A stretch of DNA of 64,000 nucleotides, from the NCBI GenBank assembly GCA_964513995.1, contig CAZEOQ010000007.1:6891-70890 (forward strand). The letters run 5' to 3'. Shown piece by piece: positions 50,691 through 59,512 of this stretch; within the stretch, counting starts at the first letter, position 1, and every line of letters begins with the position of its first letter. A model generated the notes under the pieces. That model was not told the origin of the DNA. It searched no databases and saw nothing but the letters and a program-made list of their open reading frames with translations. Position numbers and translations under genes: made by a program. Source of the stretch: an uncultured Desulfobacterales bacterium. Its GTDB lineage: Bacteria; Desulfobacterota; DSM-4660; Desulfatiglandales; JALVZP01.

Positions 50691-52575
50691 ATATAGTCAC
50701 AGGCAACTCTTTTCCTTTTACCCTTATTCTGTCAAGCTCTCTAAATCTGAAACTATTATCCTTTATCATCTCTTTTGTATATTCACTTACTATGATATGT
50801 GTTCCATACTGTTTGTTCAGTGATTCAAGTCTTGATGCAAGATTTACTGTATCTCCTATTGCAGTATAGTCAAATCTTATATCTGTTCCCATATTACCTA
50901 CAATTGCATCTCCTGTATTTATCCCTATTCCTATGTCTATCTCAGGAAATCCAAGTTCTTTAAACTGTCTGTTTACTTCTTTAAGAGCTGATATCATCTC
51001 AACAGCACTCTTGCATGCAAGATATGCATGTTCTTCAACATCAACTGGTGCATTATATATTGCCATTATTGCATCACCTATGTATTTATCAAGTGTTCCT
51101 TTGTTTGAAAAAACTATATTTGTCATTGGATCCAGGTATCTGTTTAGCATCTTTACGATTGTTTCTGGTGGATATTTTTCTGAAAGACTCGTAAATCCTC
51201 TTATATCTGAAAAAAGAACTGTTATTTTTCTCTTTTCTCCTCCAAGTTTTAACATATCTGGATTTTTTACGATCTGTGAAACAAGTTCAGGTGAGACATA
51301 ACTGGAAAAAGCCTTTTCAAGAAATCTTCTCTTTTTTACTTCCACAAGATTCCTATAAGCCTCACATCCTGTATATGAAAGAAAAAGTGAGATGCAGGGA
51401 TAAATAAATCCAAGGTTTAATCCAAAACGAGAAAAAAGCCAGATATTCAGTAATCCGTATATTCCGAAAATTGCTAAGAAGAAAAATACAGAAATCAAAG
51501 CGTTCTTTATAAGAGAAAGAAAGACGAAAAGGATAAGGGGAAAGATGATTATAAAGATCACTTCAAGAGCAATAACTCTTCCATCTCTTATGAGGAATCT
51601 TTCTTGAATTATGTTTGAAAGGACAGTAGCATGAATAAATACTCCTGGAAAAGCAGGATCTATGGGTGTTGCTCTCATGTCATATATCCCTACTTCTGTT
51701 GCACCAACAAATACTATTTTGTCCTTCAAAGCCTTTTTTGGAACTTTTCTTTCTATTATGTCAACAGCAGAAAATACAGAAAACTGATCTCTGCTATAGT
51801 AATTTATGACAGCTCTTCCAAGTTCATCTACCTTTATTTTCTTTTTTCCTATAAGGATAGAGTCAATTCCATATTCTGCTATGGATATAACTGGCTCAGA
51901 AGAAAGAAATTCCTCTGCTGCAGAAAGTGAAAGTGATGGATAAAATCCTCCTTCATATAATGCTATAAGATTATAGTTTCTGCATATTCCATCTTTGTCA
52001 GGGAATATATTAAAAAAACCAAGATTTTTTGCACTTTTAGATATTTCAGGAATGTTTAGCTCAACAAAAGGAAATTCTGGAACAGGAATATCCTTTACCT
52101 TTCCAATAAATTTTATAAGTCCTATCTGTGTTTCTTTTAGCTTTCTTAGTGAATCAGGATGTGAGTTTTCTCTGTTATACCTGAAAAAATATCCAAGTAT
52201 AACATTTCCTGCTTTTCTTATAGATTCTGCTAAAAGTTGGTCAGACATAGGATCTGATTTTTCAGAAAAGACAATATCAAATACTATCTCTTTTACCTTA
52301 TAGTATCCTGAAAGACTGTCTATAAGGCTTGCCAAGATCTTTCTTGACCATGGCCATCTCCCTATCTTATTTATACTTTTCTGATCAATTGCAACAATTG
52401 CTATTCTTCTGTCAGGTTCAGCTCCTTTTCTAAGTCTAAACCTTACATCTGTTATCTTAAGATCAATTCCTTTTATCAGTTCTGGATCAATTCTGTATAA
52501 AAAAACAGTAGCAGCTGATGAGATAAGACAGATAAGGAGAAAAATAATTTTTGTTTCTTTCCATTTTCTTTTCAT
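50689..52575 (-). CDS. CHASE2-domain class III adenylate cyclase, prematurely terminated by a frameshift
   Basis: CHASE2 (IGRWPWSR, FDIVFSE, DKDG, PGVFIHA), TM helices, cyclase motifs FSDIRGFT, DKYIGDAIM, DYTAIGDTVNLASRLE, VKGK; K and D specificity residues indicate ATP as substrate. Confidence 0.9.
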   Translation of the reverse strand: MKRKWKETKIIFLLICLISSAATVFLYRIDPELIKGIDLKITDVRFRLRKGAEPDRRIAIVAIDQKSINKIGRWPWSRKILASLIDSLSGYYKVKEIVFDIVFSEKSDPMSDQLLAESIRKAGNVILGYFFRYNRENSHPDSLRKLKETQIGLIKFIGKVKDIPVPEFPFVELNIPEISKSAKNLGFFNIFPDKDGICRNYNLIALYEGGFYPSLSLSAAEEFLSSEPVISIAEYGIDSILIGKKKIKVDELGRAVINYYSRDQFSVFSAVDIIERKVPKKALKDKIVFVGATEVGIYDMRATPIDPAFPGVFIHATVLSNIIQERFLIRDGRVIALEVIFIIIFPLILFVFLSLIKNALISVFFFLAIFGIYGLLNIWLFSRFGLNLGFIYPCISLFLSYTGCEAYRNLVEVKKRRFLEKAFSSYVSPELVSQIVKNPDMLKLGGEKRKITVLFSDIRGFTSLSEKYPPETIVKMLNRYLDPMTNIVFSNKGTLDKYIGDAIMAIYNAPVDVEEHAYLACKSAVEMISALKEVNRQFKELGFPEIDIGIGINTGDAIVGNMGTDIRFDYTAIGDTVNLASRLESLNKQYGTHIIVSEYTKEMIKDNSFRFRELDRIRVKGKELPVTI

Positions 52576-52612
52576 CTGTTTTATGCTATTTTTTTAGCAA
52601 GATAAAATCAAG

Positions 52613-53203
52613 ATGAAGATAAGACTTCCTGAGCCAAAATTTAAAGGAATCCCTTTAGAAGAAGCTATAAGAAAAAGGAGAACTATAAGGTCATTTCTAA
52701 GAAAGCCTATTTCTCTGGATCATCTCTCACAGCTTCTTTGGGCAGGATATGGCTCTACAGAAGGATTCAGAAGGACTGTTCCATCTGCTGGTGCTCTTTA
52801 TCCAATGGATCTTTATGTTGCTATAGGTGAGGTAGAAGGAGTTGAAAAAGGAGTATATCATTATATTCCAGCTGAACACAGCTTAACCCTTATCCATAAA
52901 GAGGATGTAAGAGAAGATATAGCAAAGGCAAGTCTTTATCAGATGTGGATGGCAGATGCAGCAGTCTCATTTGTTATTACAGCAGAATATAGAAGGATTA
53001 CTGTAAAATATGGAGAAAGAGGGATAAGATATGCAATTATGGAAGCAGGGAATATATCACAGAATATATTTCTTCAAGCAGAATCTCTTGGACTTGGTGC
53101 AGGAATAGTTGGTGCATTTCATGATGATAAAATTATGCAGATTATGAGACTTCCAAAAAATCATCATCCTCTTCTTATCATGCCTGTTGGAAAAAAATTA
53201 TGA
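52613..53203 (+). CDS. SagB/ThcOx-like nitroreductase family protein
   Basis: RRTIRSF, LSQLLWA, RTVPSAGALYP, KYGERG.RY..MEAG, GIVGAF. Confidence 0.9.
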   Translation: MKIRLPEPKFKGIPLEEAIRKRRTIRSFLRKPISLDHLSQLLWAGYGSTEGFRRTVPSAGALYPMDLYVAIGEVEGVEKGVYHYIPAEHSLTLIHKEDVREDIAKASLYQMWMADAAVSFVITAEYRRITVKYGERGIRYAIMEAGNISQNIFLQAESLGLGAGIVGAFHDDKIMQIMRLPKNHHPLLIMPVGKKL

Positions 53204-53850
53204 GCTGCTGTCTTATACTGATATTACTTTTTAATTCCCTTTGTTTTGCAAAGATTTCTGCAATTCCTGAAGAAGCAGATATAGGAACTCTTATAGAAGG
53301 AAAAACAAAAGAAGTTGTATTTTTTTTAAAGAACTATGGAAAAAAGCCTGTTACTGTTGAAAACGTAATACCTGATTGTGATTGCACTTCTGTTATTTCA
53401 TATACAGCGAGGATAAGCCCAAAAGAAGAAGGAAAGGTAATAGTAAAAATAGATACAGCTGGTCTCAGTGGAAAGATCAGAAAAAAGATCCTTGTAATAA
53501 CAGATGATCCAGAAAGCTCAGAGATTCCTCTTTTTATAACAGGAAAAGTCATATCTCCAATAGATGTAACTCCTAAAAGGGTTTATCTTGTTGGAAAAAA
53601 GGATTCTCTTATAAAGGCAGAAGTAGAGATAAAAGGGAATTTTAGAAAGCTAAAAATAGAGCCAGCTTCTTCACTTGATATAAGGTCAATAAGGTTTTAT
53701 GTAAAAAAGGTAAATGAAAAGGAATACAGGATAAAGTTTTTAAAATTCCCTTCAGATGATGAATCGTATACAGGAACTTTAAAACTTAAAACAAACTATC
53801 CTGAAAAACCTTATATAATCATTCCCATAATCGGCATATTTTTTGACTAA
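53200..53850 (+). CDS. Exported DUF1573-like (Ig-fold) protein
   Basis: Signal-peptide-like N-terminus, F.LKNYG..PV, PDCDCT, TDDP motifs. Confidence 0.75.
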   Translation: MSCCLILILLFNSLCFAKISAIPEEADIGTLIEGKTKEVVFFLKNYGKKPVTVENVIPDCDCTSVISYTARISPKEEGKVIVKIDTAGLSGKIRKKILVITDDPESSEIPLFITGKVISPIDVTPKRVYLVGKKDSLIKAEVEIKGNFRKLKIEPASSLDIRSIRFYVKKVNEKEYRIKFLKFPSDDESYTGTLKLKTNYPEKPYIIIPIIGIFFD

Positions 53851-54674
53851 GCCTTCTTCCCTCTTACTATAACCCTTTCTTCTTCTGGAATAGGTGGTGG
53901 AACAGGTTCTCCAATGATCTTTCTTACTGCTTTGAACTTAGGTGGACATACCTCATAACATGTTCCACACTTTATACACTTTTCCTGATCAATCACATGT
54001 ATCTTATTCTTTTCACCAGTTATTGCACCTGCTGGACAGCGTCTTCTACATGTTCCACATGCCTGACATTTTTCAGGATCAATATAGTATGAAGGAACTT
54101 CTGTAAGGAGCTTTTCTATCTCTTCCTTTGTATAAAAATCCTTGTATTCCTCAATGCTTCCAAGGCGTTTCATAAGCTTTTCTCTTTTTGTTACCTTTAT
54201 GTAAGGAACAAGCTTTATTATTTCCTCAAGTCTTTTACTTATCTCTTCTTTGCTTATTCCTTCACTTCCAAGAGGACCTATCTGTCTTAGCTTTTCTGTA
54301 AAATCTCTTACTACTTCAGCAAAACGACCACCTTCAGCAGATGACATAAATTCTATCCTGAGTCTATCAGGATTTATTCCTACATATTCAAGAATCCTTT
54401 TACATAGATGAACCATATTCAGTGCAAAATAGTTTCCTTCTGTCACATAATTGCATTCTCCGAGTCTGCATCCTCCAACAAGAACACCATCTATTCCTTT
54501 GGAAAATGCCCTGAATATAAATGTCATATCAACTCTTCCACTGCACATAATACGGATTATCCTTATTTCTGGTGGATACTCCAACCTGGAGACCCCAGCA
54601 AGATCTGCTGCACCATATGCTCACCAGTAACAAAGGAATCCAATTATCCTTGGCTTAAAAGTAGTCTTTGCCAT
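53847..54674 (-). CDS. bamF: BamF: selenocysteine MvhD-like [2Fe-2S] subunit of class II benzoyl-CoA reductase with C-terminal 2x[4Fe-4S] domain (275 aa, Sec18)
   Basis: ATG 54674 after AAGGAGG reads MAKTTFKPRIIGFLCYW-UGA-AYGAADLAGVSRLEYPPE, in frame with ORF 53847-54584 (CSGRVD, GCRLGECNY); UGA at 54623-54621 is at the second Cys position of the MvhD CxxC. Confidence 0.9.
54596..54610 (-). promoter_or_regulatory. Candidate bacterial SECIS hairpin of bamF
   Basis: CAGCA-GATCT-TGCTG starting 10 nt after the in-frame UGA. Confidence 0.6.
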
Positions 54675-54685
54675 CCCTTTCCTCC

Positions 54686-57600
54686 TTAAGTTTCTGAAAG
54701 AAGTGCATCAATCTGACAAAGGATCTGTTCGTTCTTAAAGTGGTTCAGAGAAATTGCACCAGTTGGACATACTGAATTGCAAAGTCCATCTCCTTTACAT
54801 AGAACAGGATTTACTTTTGCCTTATTTTTCTTTATCTCTATAGCTCCATACTTGCAAAAAGAAGCACATATTCCACATCCCATACATCTCTTTTCATCTA
54901 CCTGTGCAACAGCACCAGGTGCTATTGCAACATCATGTGAAAGAAGCATGCTGCATCTTCCTGCTGCACCATATGCCTGGCTTATGGTTTCATTTATGTG
55001 CTTAGGATAGTGAGCAGTTCCACAAAGAAAGATTCCGTCTGTTGCAAAGTCAACTGGTCTAAGCTTTACATGTGCTTCCTTAAAGAATCCATCTACATCA
55101 AGAGGAACTTTATATAGCTGAGCAAGCCTTTTTGCATCTTCTCTTGGAACAACAGCAGCTGCAAGGCTGAGTATATCAGCATCTATTGCTATCCTTTGTC
55201 CAAGGATAGGATCAGTTACTGTTACCCTAAGCCTTCCTTCTACTTTTTCCACCTCAGGAACATTTTCTGGTGGCTCATATCTTATAAACCTTACTCCCAT
55301 GTCTGATGCCTTCCTATAGTAATCTTCTCTGAATCCATATGTCCTCATGTCTCTGAAAAGTATATATATCTCAGCTTGTGGATTTATCTCCTTTAGCTTA
55401 ATTGCATTCTTTATTGCATGTGAACAGCATACCCTGCTACAGTAATTTCTTTCTTCATTCCTTGATCCAACACACTGTATCATTACAACTGATCTTGCAT
55501 TCTGAATCCTTTCATCCTTTTTTGCTATAAGTTCTTCAAGTTCAAGATGCGTAAATACCCTTTCATCTTCTCCATAAAGGTATTCCTTTGGCTTGTATTC
55601 TTCTGCTCCTGTTGCAATTATCGTTGCTCCATGACGTATGATCCTTACAACATTTCCTGTCTCTACAGTAGTTATGAAGTTTCCAATGTATCCTGAAGCA
55701 TCCTTGATTTTTGCTTCAGTAAAGACATGGATGAGTGGATGTGCATATACCTTTTCTATAAGACCTTTCAGATAGCTTTGAACATCCTGACCATCTATCG
55801 TAAAATAAAGTCTTTTTGCAATTCCTCCAAGCTCTTTTTCTTTTTCTACAAGATATACCTCAAATCCCTGATTTGCCAGACTTAATGCAGATGTCATTCC
55901 AGCAACTCCACCACCTATGACAAGTATCCTTTTATCAAGAGGAATCTCTATCTCTTTCAGAGGCTCAAGACGGGCTGCTCTTGCAACAGCCATCCTTATA
56001 AGATCCTTTACCTTCCTTGTTGCCTCTTCCCTTTCCTTAGAATGAGCCCATGTGCAGTGTTCTCTTATGTTTACCATCTCAAGATAATACTGATTCAGAC
56101 CAGCTTCCTTCATCGTCTCACGAAATGTTGGTTCAAGATTTCTTGGAGTGCATGCAGCAATAACAACCCTGTTCAGTTTATGTTCGTGAATTGCATCAAT
56201 TATCTCTTTTATGTAGTTTGATGCACATGAAAATACCTGATTTGTTGCATATACGACATTTGGAAGTGTCTTTGCATATTCTGCCATCTCAACAGTATTT
56301 ATAACTCCTGCAATGTTGCTTCCACAATGACATACAAATACACCAATCCTTGGCTCTTCCTTTGATACATCCATTTCTTCTGGATATACCTTCTCTTTTG
56401 CAAGTAGTCCGCGACGATGAGAAAGAAGCTCTCCACATTTTGAACTCACACCACTTGCAGAAAATACAGACTCAGGAATGTCTACAGGACCCTGAAATGC
56501 ACCACTTACAAATATTCCCGGACGAGATGTCTGAAGTGGATCAAATGGACTTACTTTGCAGAATCCGTGTTCATTCAGCTCTATTCCAAACTTTTCTGCA
56601 AGCTCTTTTGCCTCAGAAGGTGGTCTAAGTCCTACAGAAAGAACGACAAGATCAAACTTCTCTTCTTTTACTCCTTCATCAGGCGTAGAATACCTTATGA
56701 TAACATTTCTTTCACTGTCTTCTCCAGCAACTGTCACATAGCTTCTTATGAACTTTACCTTATCAAGCTGTGCAGCCCTTTGATAATACCTTTCAAAGTC
56801 CTTTCCATATGCCCTTATGTCATTGTGAAAGATCCAGATCTCTGTATCTGGATCATGTTCTTTTGTAATAAGGACTTGCTTCTGTGTATATGTGCAACAT
56901 ACTGATGAGCAATAACTGCTGTATCCTTCAATTACCCTTCTTGATCCAACACACTGAATCCATGCAATCTTTTTTGGATGTTTCATATCTGATGGTCTTC
57001 TTATCTCACCACCATATGGTCCTGTTGCACTTGTTATTCTTTCAAAGTCAAGGCTTGTTACAACATTTGGATATATTCCATATCCAAAGTCGTTTCTTAT
57101 GGAAGGATCAAATATCTCAAATCCTGGACTGAGGACTATTGCTCCTACCTTCAGATTTATCTCTTCTGGCTTCTGACTGAAGTCTATTGCCTGATTTGGA
57201 CATACTGCAAGACATATTCCACATTTGTTTTCTTTAAGATAAAGGCAGTCCTTTTCTGTTACATAGCTTATAAGTGGAACTGCCAAGGAGAAGTAAATGT
57301 GGATTGCTTTACTGAATGAGAGATTCTGGTTGTATGGATCAGGAACAAGAACAGGGCAGTTTTCCTGACATGTCGTGCATCCTGTGCACTTTCCTTCAAG
57401 GACATATCTTGGTCTTTTTATAAGCCTTACCCTGAAATCTCCTACCTCTCCTTCTACTTTCTCAACCTCTGCATCTGTTATGATCTCTATATTTGGGTGC
57501 CGGCCGGCCTCGACCAGCTTTGGAGCAAGTATTCAGACAGAACATTCGTTTGTAGGAAAGGTCTTATCAAGCTGACCCATATGTCCGCCAATTGTAGGGA

Positions 57601-57745
57601 GCTTTTCTACAAGGTATACCTTGAATCCAGATGAAGCAAGATCAAGTGCTGCCTGTATTCCACTTACTCCTCCGCCAACAACCATCACATCAGCAAAATT
57701 TATTCCTTCTCTAAGTCTTAATAGCCTCTCTATTAAGGCTTCCAT
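54686..57745 (-). CDS. bamE: BamE: HdrA-like FAD/FeS subunit with an in-frame selenocysteine (1019 aa, Sec71)
   Basis: ORF 57533-57745 (VVGGGVSG...[12 protein letters not shown]) continues through UGA 57535-57533 as [16 protein letters not shown]...[11 protein letters not shown] with no further stop into ORF 54686-57286; two HdrA FAD modules ([31 protein letters not shown]). Confidence 0.9.
57503..57518 (-). promoter_or_regulatory. Candidate bacterial SECIS hairpin of bamE
   Basis: GCTGGT-CGAG-GCCGGC starting 14 nt after UGA; a conspicuous GC-rich patch (codons GCC GGC CGG) in otherwise AT-rich DNA. Confidence 0.6.
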
Positions 57746-57757
57746 TTTCTCATCTCC

Positions 57758-58924
57758 TTAGATAATTTCTTTTATTATCTCAGTTACATCCTTTATTTCT
57801 ATAAATCCCTCACCATATTTTTCTTCAAGTGTCTTTCTGCTGTCCTCAAGCATTGTAATACAGTATGGACAGAATGTTGCTATGACCTCTGCTCCAACCT
57901 GAACAGCCTGCTCTATCCTTATGTCAGAAAACCTTTCTCCTTTCCTCGTCTCCATCCATACCCTTCCTCCTCCACCTCCACAGCAAAGACTGTTTTCTCT
58001 TGATTCTGGAAGTTCAACAAACTCAATTCCTGGAATCATCTTGAGAATCTCTCTTGGTTCATCAAATATTCCGTTATGTCTTCCAAGATAGCATGGATCG
58101 TGATATGTAACCTTCTTTTTGTATTCCTTCTGTATCTTTATTCTTCCTTCTTTTAAAAGCCTTAAAAGCAGTTGTGACATGTGTATTACTTCAAAATTTA
58201 CGCTGAATTCTGGATATTCATTCTTAAATGTATGATAACAGTGAGGAGAGCTTACAATGATCTTTTTTACGCCACTGTCAATAAATGTCTTTATGTTTTC
58301 TTTTGCAAGCTTTCTGAAAAGCTCCTCATCTCCAGTCTTCCTTATACTTTCTCCACAGCAGTTTTCCTTTTCTCCAAGTATCCCAAAACTTACTCCTGCT
58401 TTATTTAGGATCTCAACTGTTGCCCTTGCTATTTTCTTTCCTCTTGGATCATAACACGGATAGCAGCACGGAAAATAAAGATATTCTGTCTGTTCTGTAA
58501 ATTCATTTACAGGAAGACCTTCAGCCCATTTTTTCCTTTCACTCCTTTTTTCACCAAGAGGATTTCCTTCAGCAACAAGACTTCCACTTGCTGTTTTTAC
58601 TGGCTGAACAGGCTCAGGAAATATTCCATATTCTGTAGCAACACTTCTAAGAAGCTTTACGACCTCTATCTGATTTACCTGTCTCGGACACTGAATCGTG
58701 CATCTTCCACAAGTTGTGCACCTCCATATATCTTCACTTTCAACCTCTGTAAGTCCAAATGTTGCCTGTCTTATTATCTTCCTCATACTGAACTGGATCA
58801 CCTTGTTCCATGGACATACAGAATCACAAAGACCACACTGAAAACATAGTCTAAAAGGTTCACCACCTTTTTCCCTAATAAGATCTACTATTTCCTTATA
58901 TTCTTCAAGTATTATAGCTTCCAC
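57758..58924 (-). CDS. bamD: BamD: HdrC/HdrD-like Fe-S protein with CCG domains
   Basis: CFQCGLCDSVCP, CTTCGRCTIQCP, ENCCG, YHDPCYLGRHN, CCGGGGG, CPYC; lies between bamC and bamE. Confidence 0.87.
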   Translation of the reverse strand: MEAIILEEYKEIVDLIREKGGEPFRLCFQCGLCDSVCPWNKVIQFSMRKIIRQATFGLTEVESEDIWRCTTCGRCTIQCPRQVNQIEVVKLLRSVATEYGIFPEPVQPVKTASGSLVAEGNPLGEKRSERKKWAEGLPVNEFTEQTEYLYFPCCYPCYDPRGKKIARATVEILNKAGVSFGILGEKENCCGESIRKTGDEELFRKLAKENIKTFIDSGVKKIIVSSPHCYHTFKNEYPEFSVNFEVIHMSQLLLRLLKEGRIKIQKEYKKKVTYHDPCYLGRHNGIFDEPREILKMIPGIEFVELPESRENSLCCGGGGGRVWMETRKGERFSDIRIEQAVQVGAEVIATFCPYCITMLEDSRKTLEEKYGEGFIEIKDVTEIIKEII

Positions 58925-58936
58925 CTTTCCCTCTCC

Positions 58937-59512
58937 TTATTTTCTAATTTCTTGTGCTTTCTTTGCTGTTGCCATCTGTATCACCATATCCACGACTTTG
59001 TCAAAACCAAATCTGTCTGCAAGTGCATTAAGTCCTACCTCAAGTTCATTCTCCTTTGGAGGCTCTTCTTCTACTTCCTCTTCCCTTTCTTCATATGTAA
59101 GTGCATCTACAAGACAGACCTGAACACACCAGGGTTCTTCAAGAGGGGGCTCATTCTCACATACATCACACTTTAAAGGAAGTCCTGAATCTGGATCCTT
59201 AAAAAGGTCTCTTGCAGGACATGCTGCACCACAGAAGCTACATACCACATAATCCTTTCCATATACACTCTGCATCTCTCCGTTTGCTATGTATATGCTC
59301 CTTCCTTCACATTCTGCCTTTGTATAAAATGTTGCACGAACAGGAACAAATACATTTCTCTGATCATCCCTAAATACCCTTATACGAGACTTTGAAGGAT
59401 TTACACTGCTGTATTTTGGATTTGCATGGAATGCAGAGCATGCAACCTCACATGCTCTACACCCCATGCATTTGTCAAGATCCATCTTTATTATCTTTAT
59501 CTTCCTTTTCAT
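58937..59512 (-). CDS. bamC: BamC: [4Fe-4S] ferredoxin-like subunit
   Basis: CMGCRACEVACSAFHANPKYSSVNP.KSRI...CSFCGAACP.RDLFKDPDSGLPLKCDVC...CVQVC; ATGA overlap with bamB. Confidence 0.9.
   Translation of the reverse strand: MKRKIKIIKMDLDKCMGCRACEVACSAFHANPKYSSVNPSKSRIRVFRDDQRNVFVPVRATFYTKAECEGRSIYIANGEMQSVYGKDYVVCSFCGAACPARDLFKDPDSGLPLKCDVCENEPPLEEPWCVQVCLVDALTYEEREEEVEEEPPKENELEVGLNALADRFGFDKVVDMVIQMATAKKAQEIRK

Noticed and set aside
50689-50691. Cyclase UGA as a third selenocysteine
   Set aside because: The homologous residue is Tyr, not Cys; in-frame read-through gives unrelated sequence and the true continuation is in another frame.
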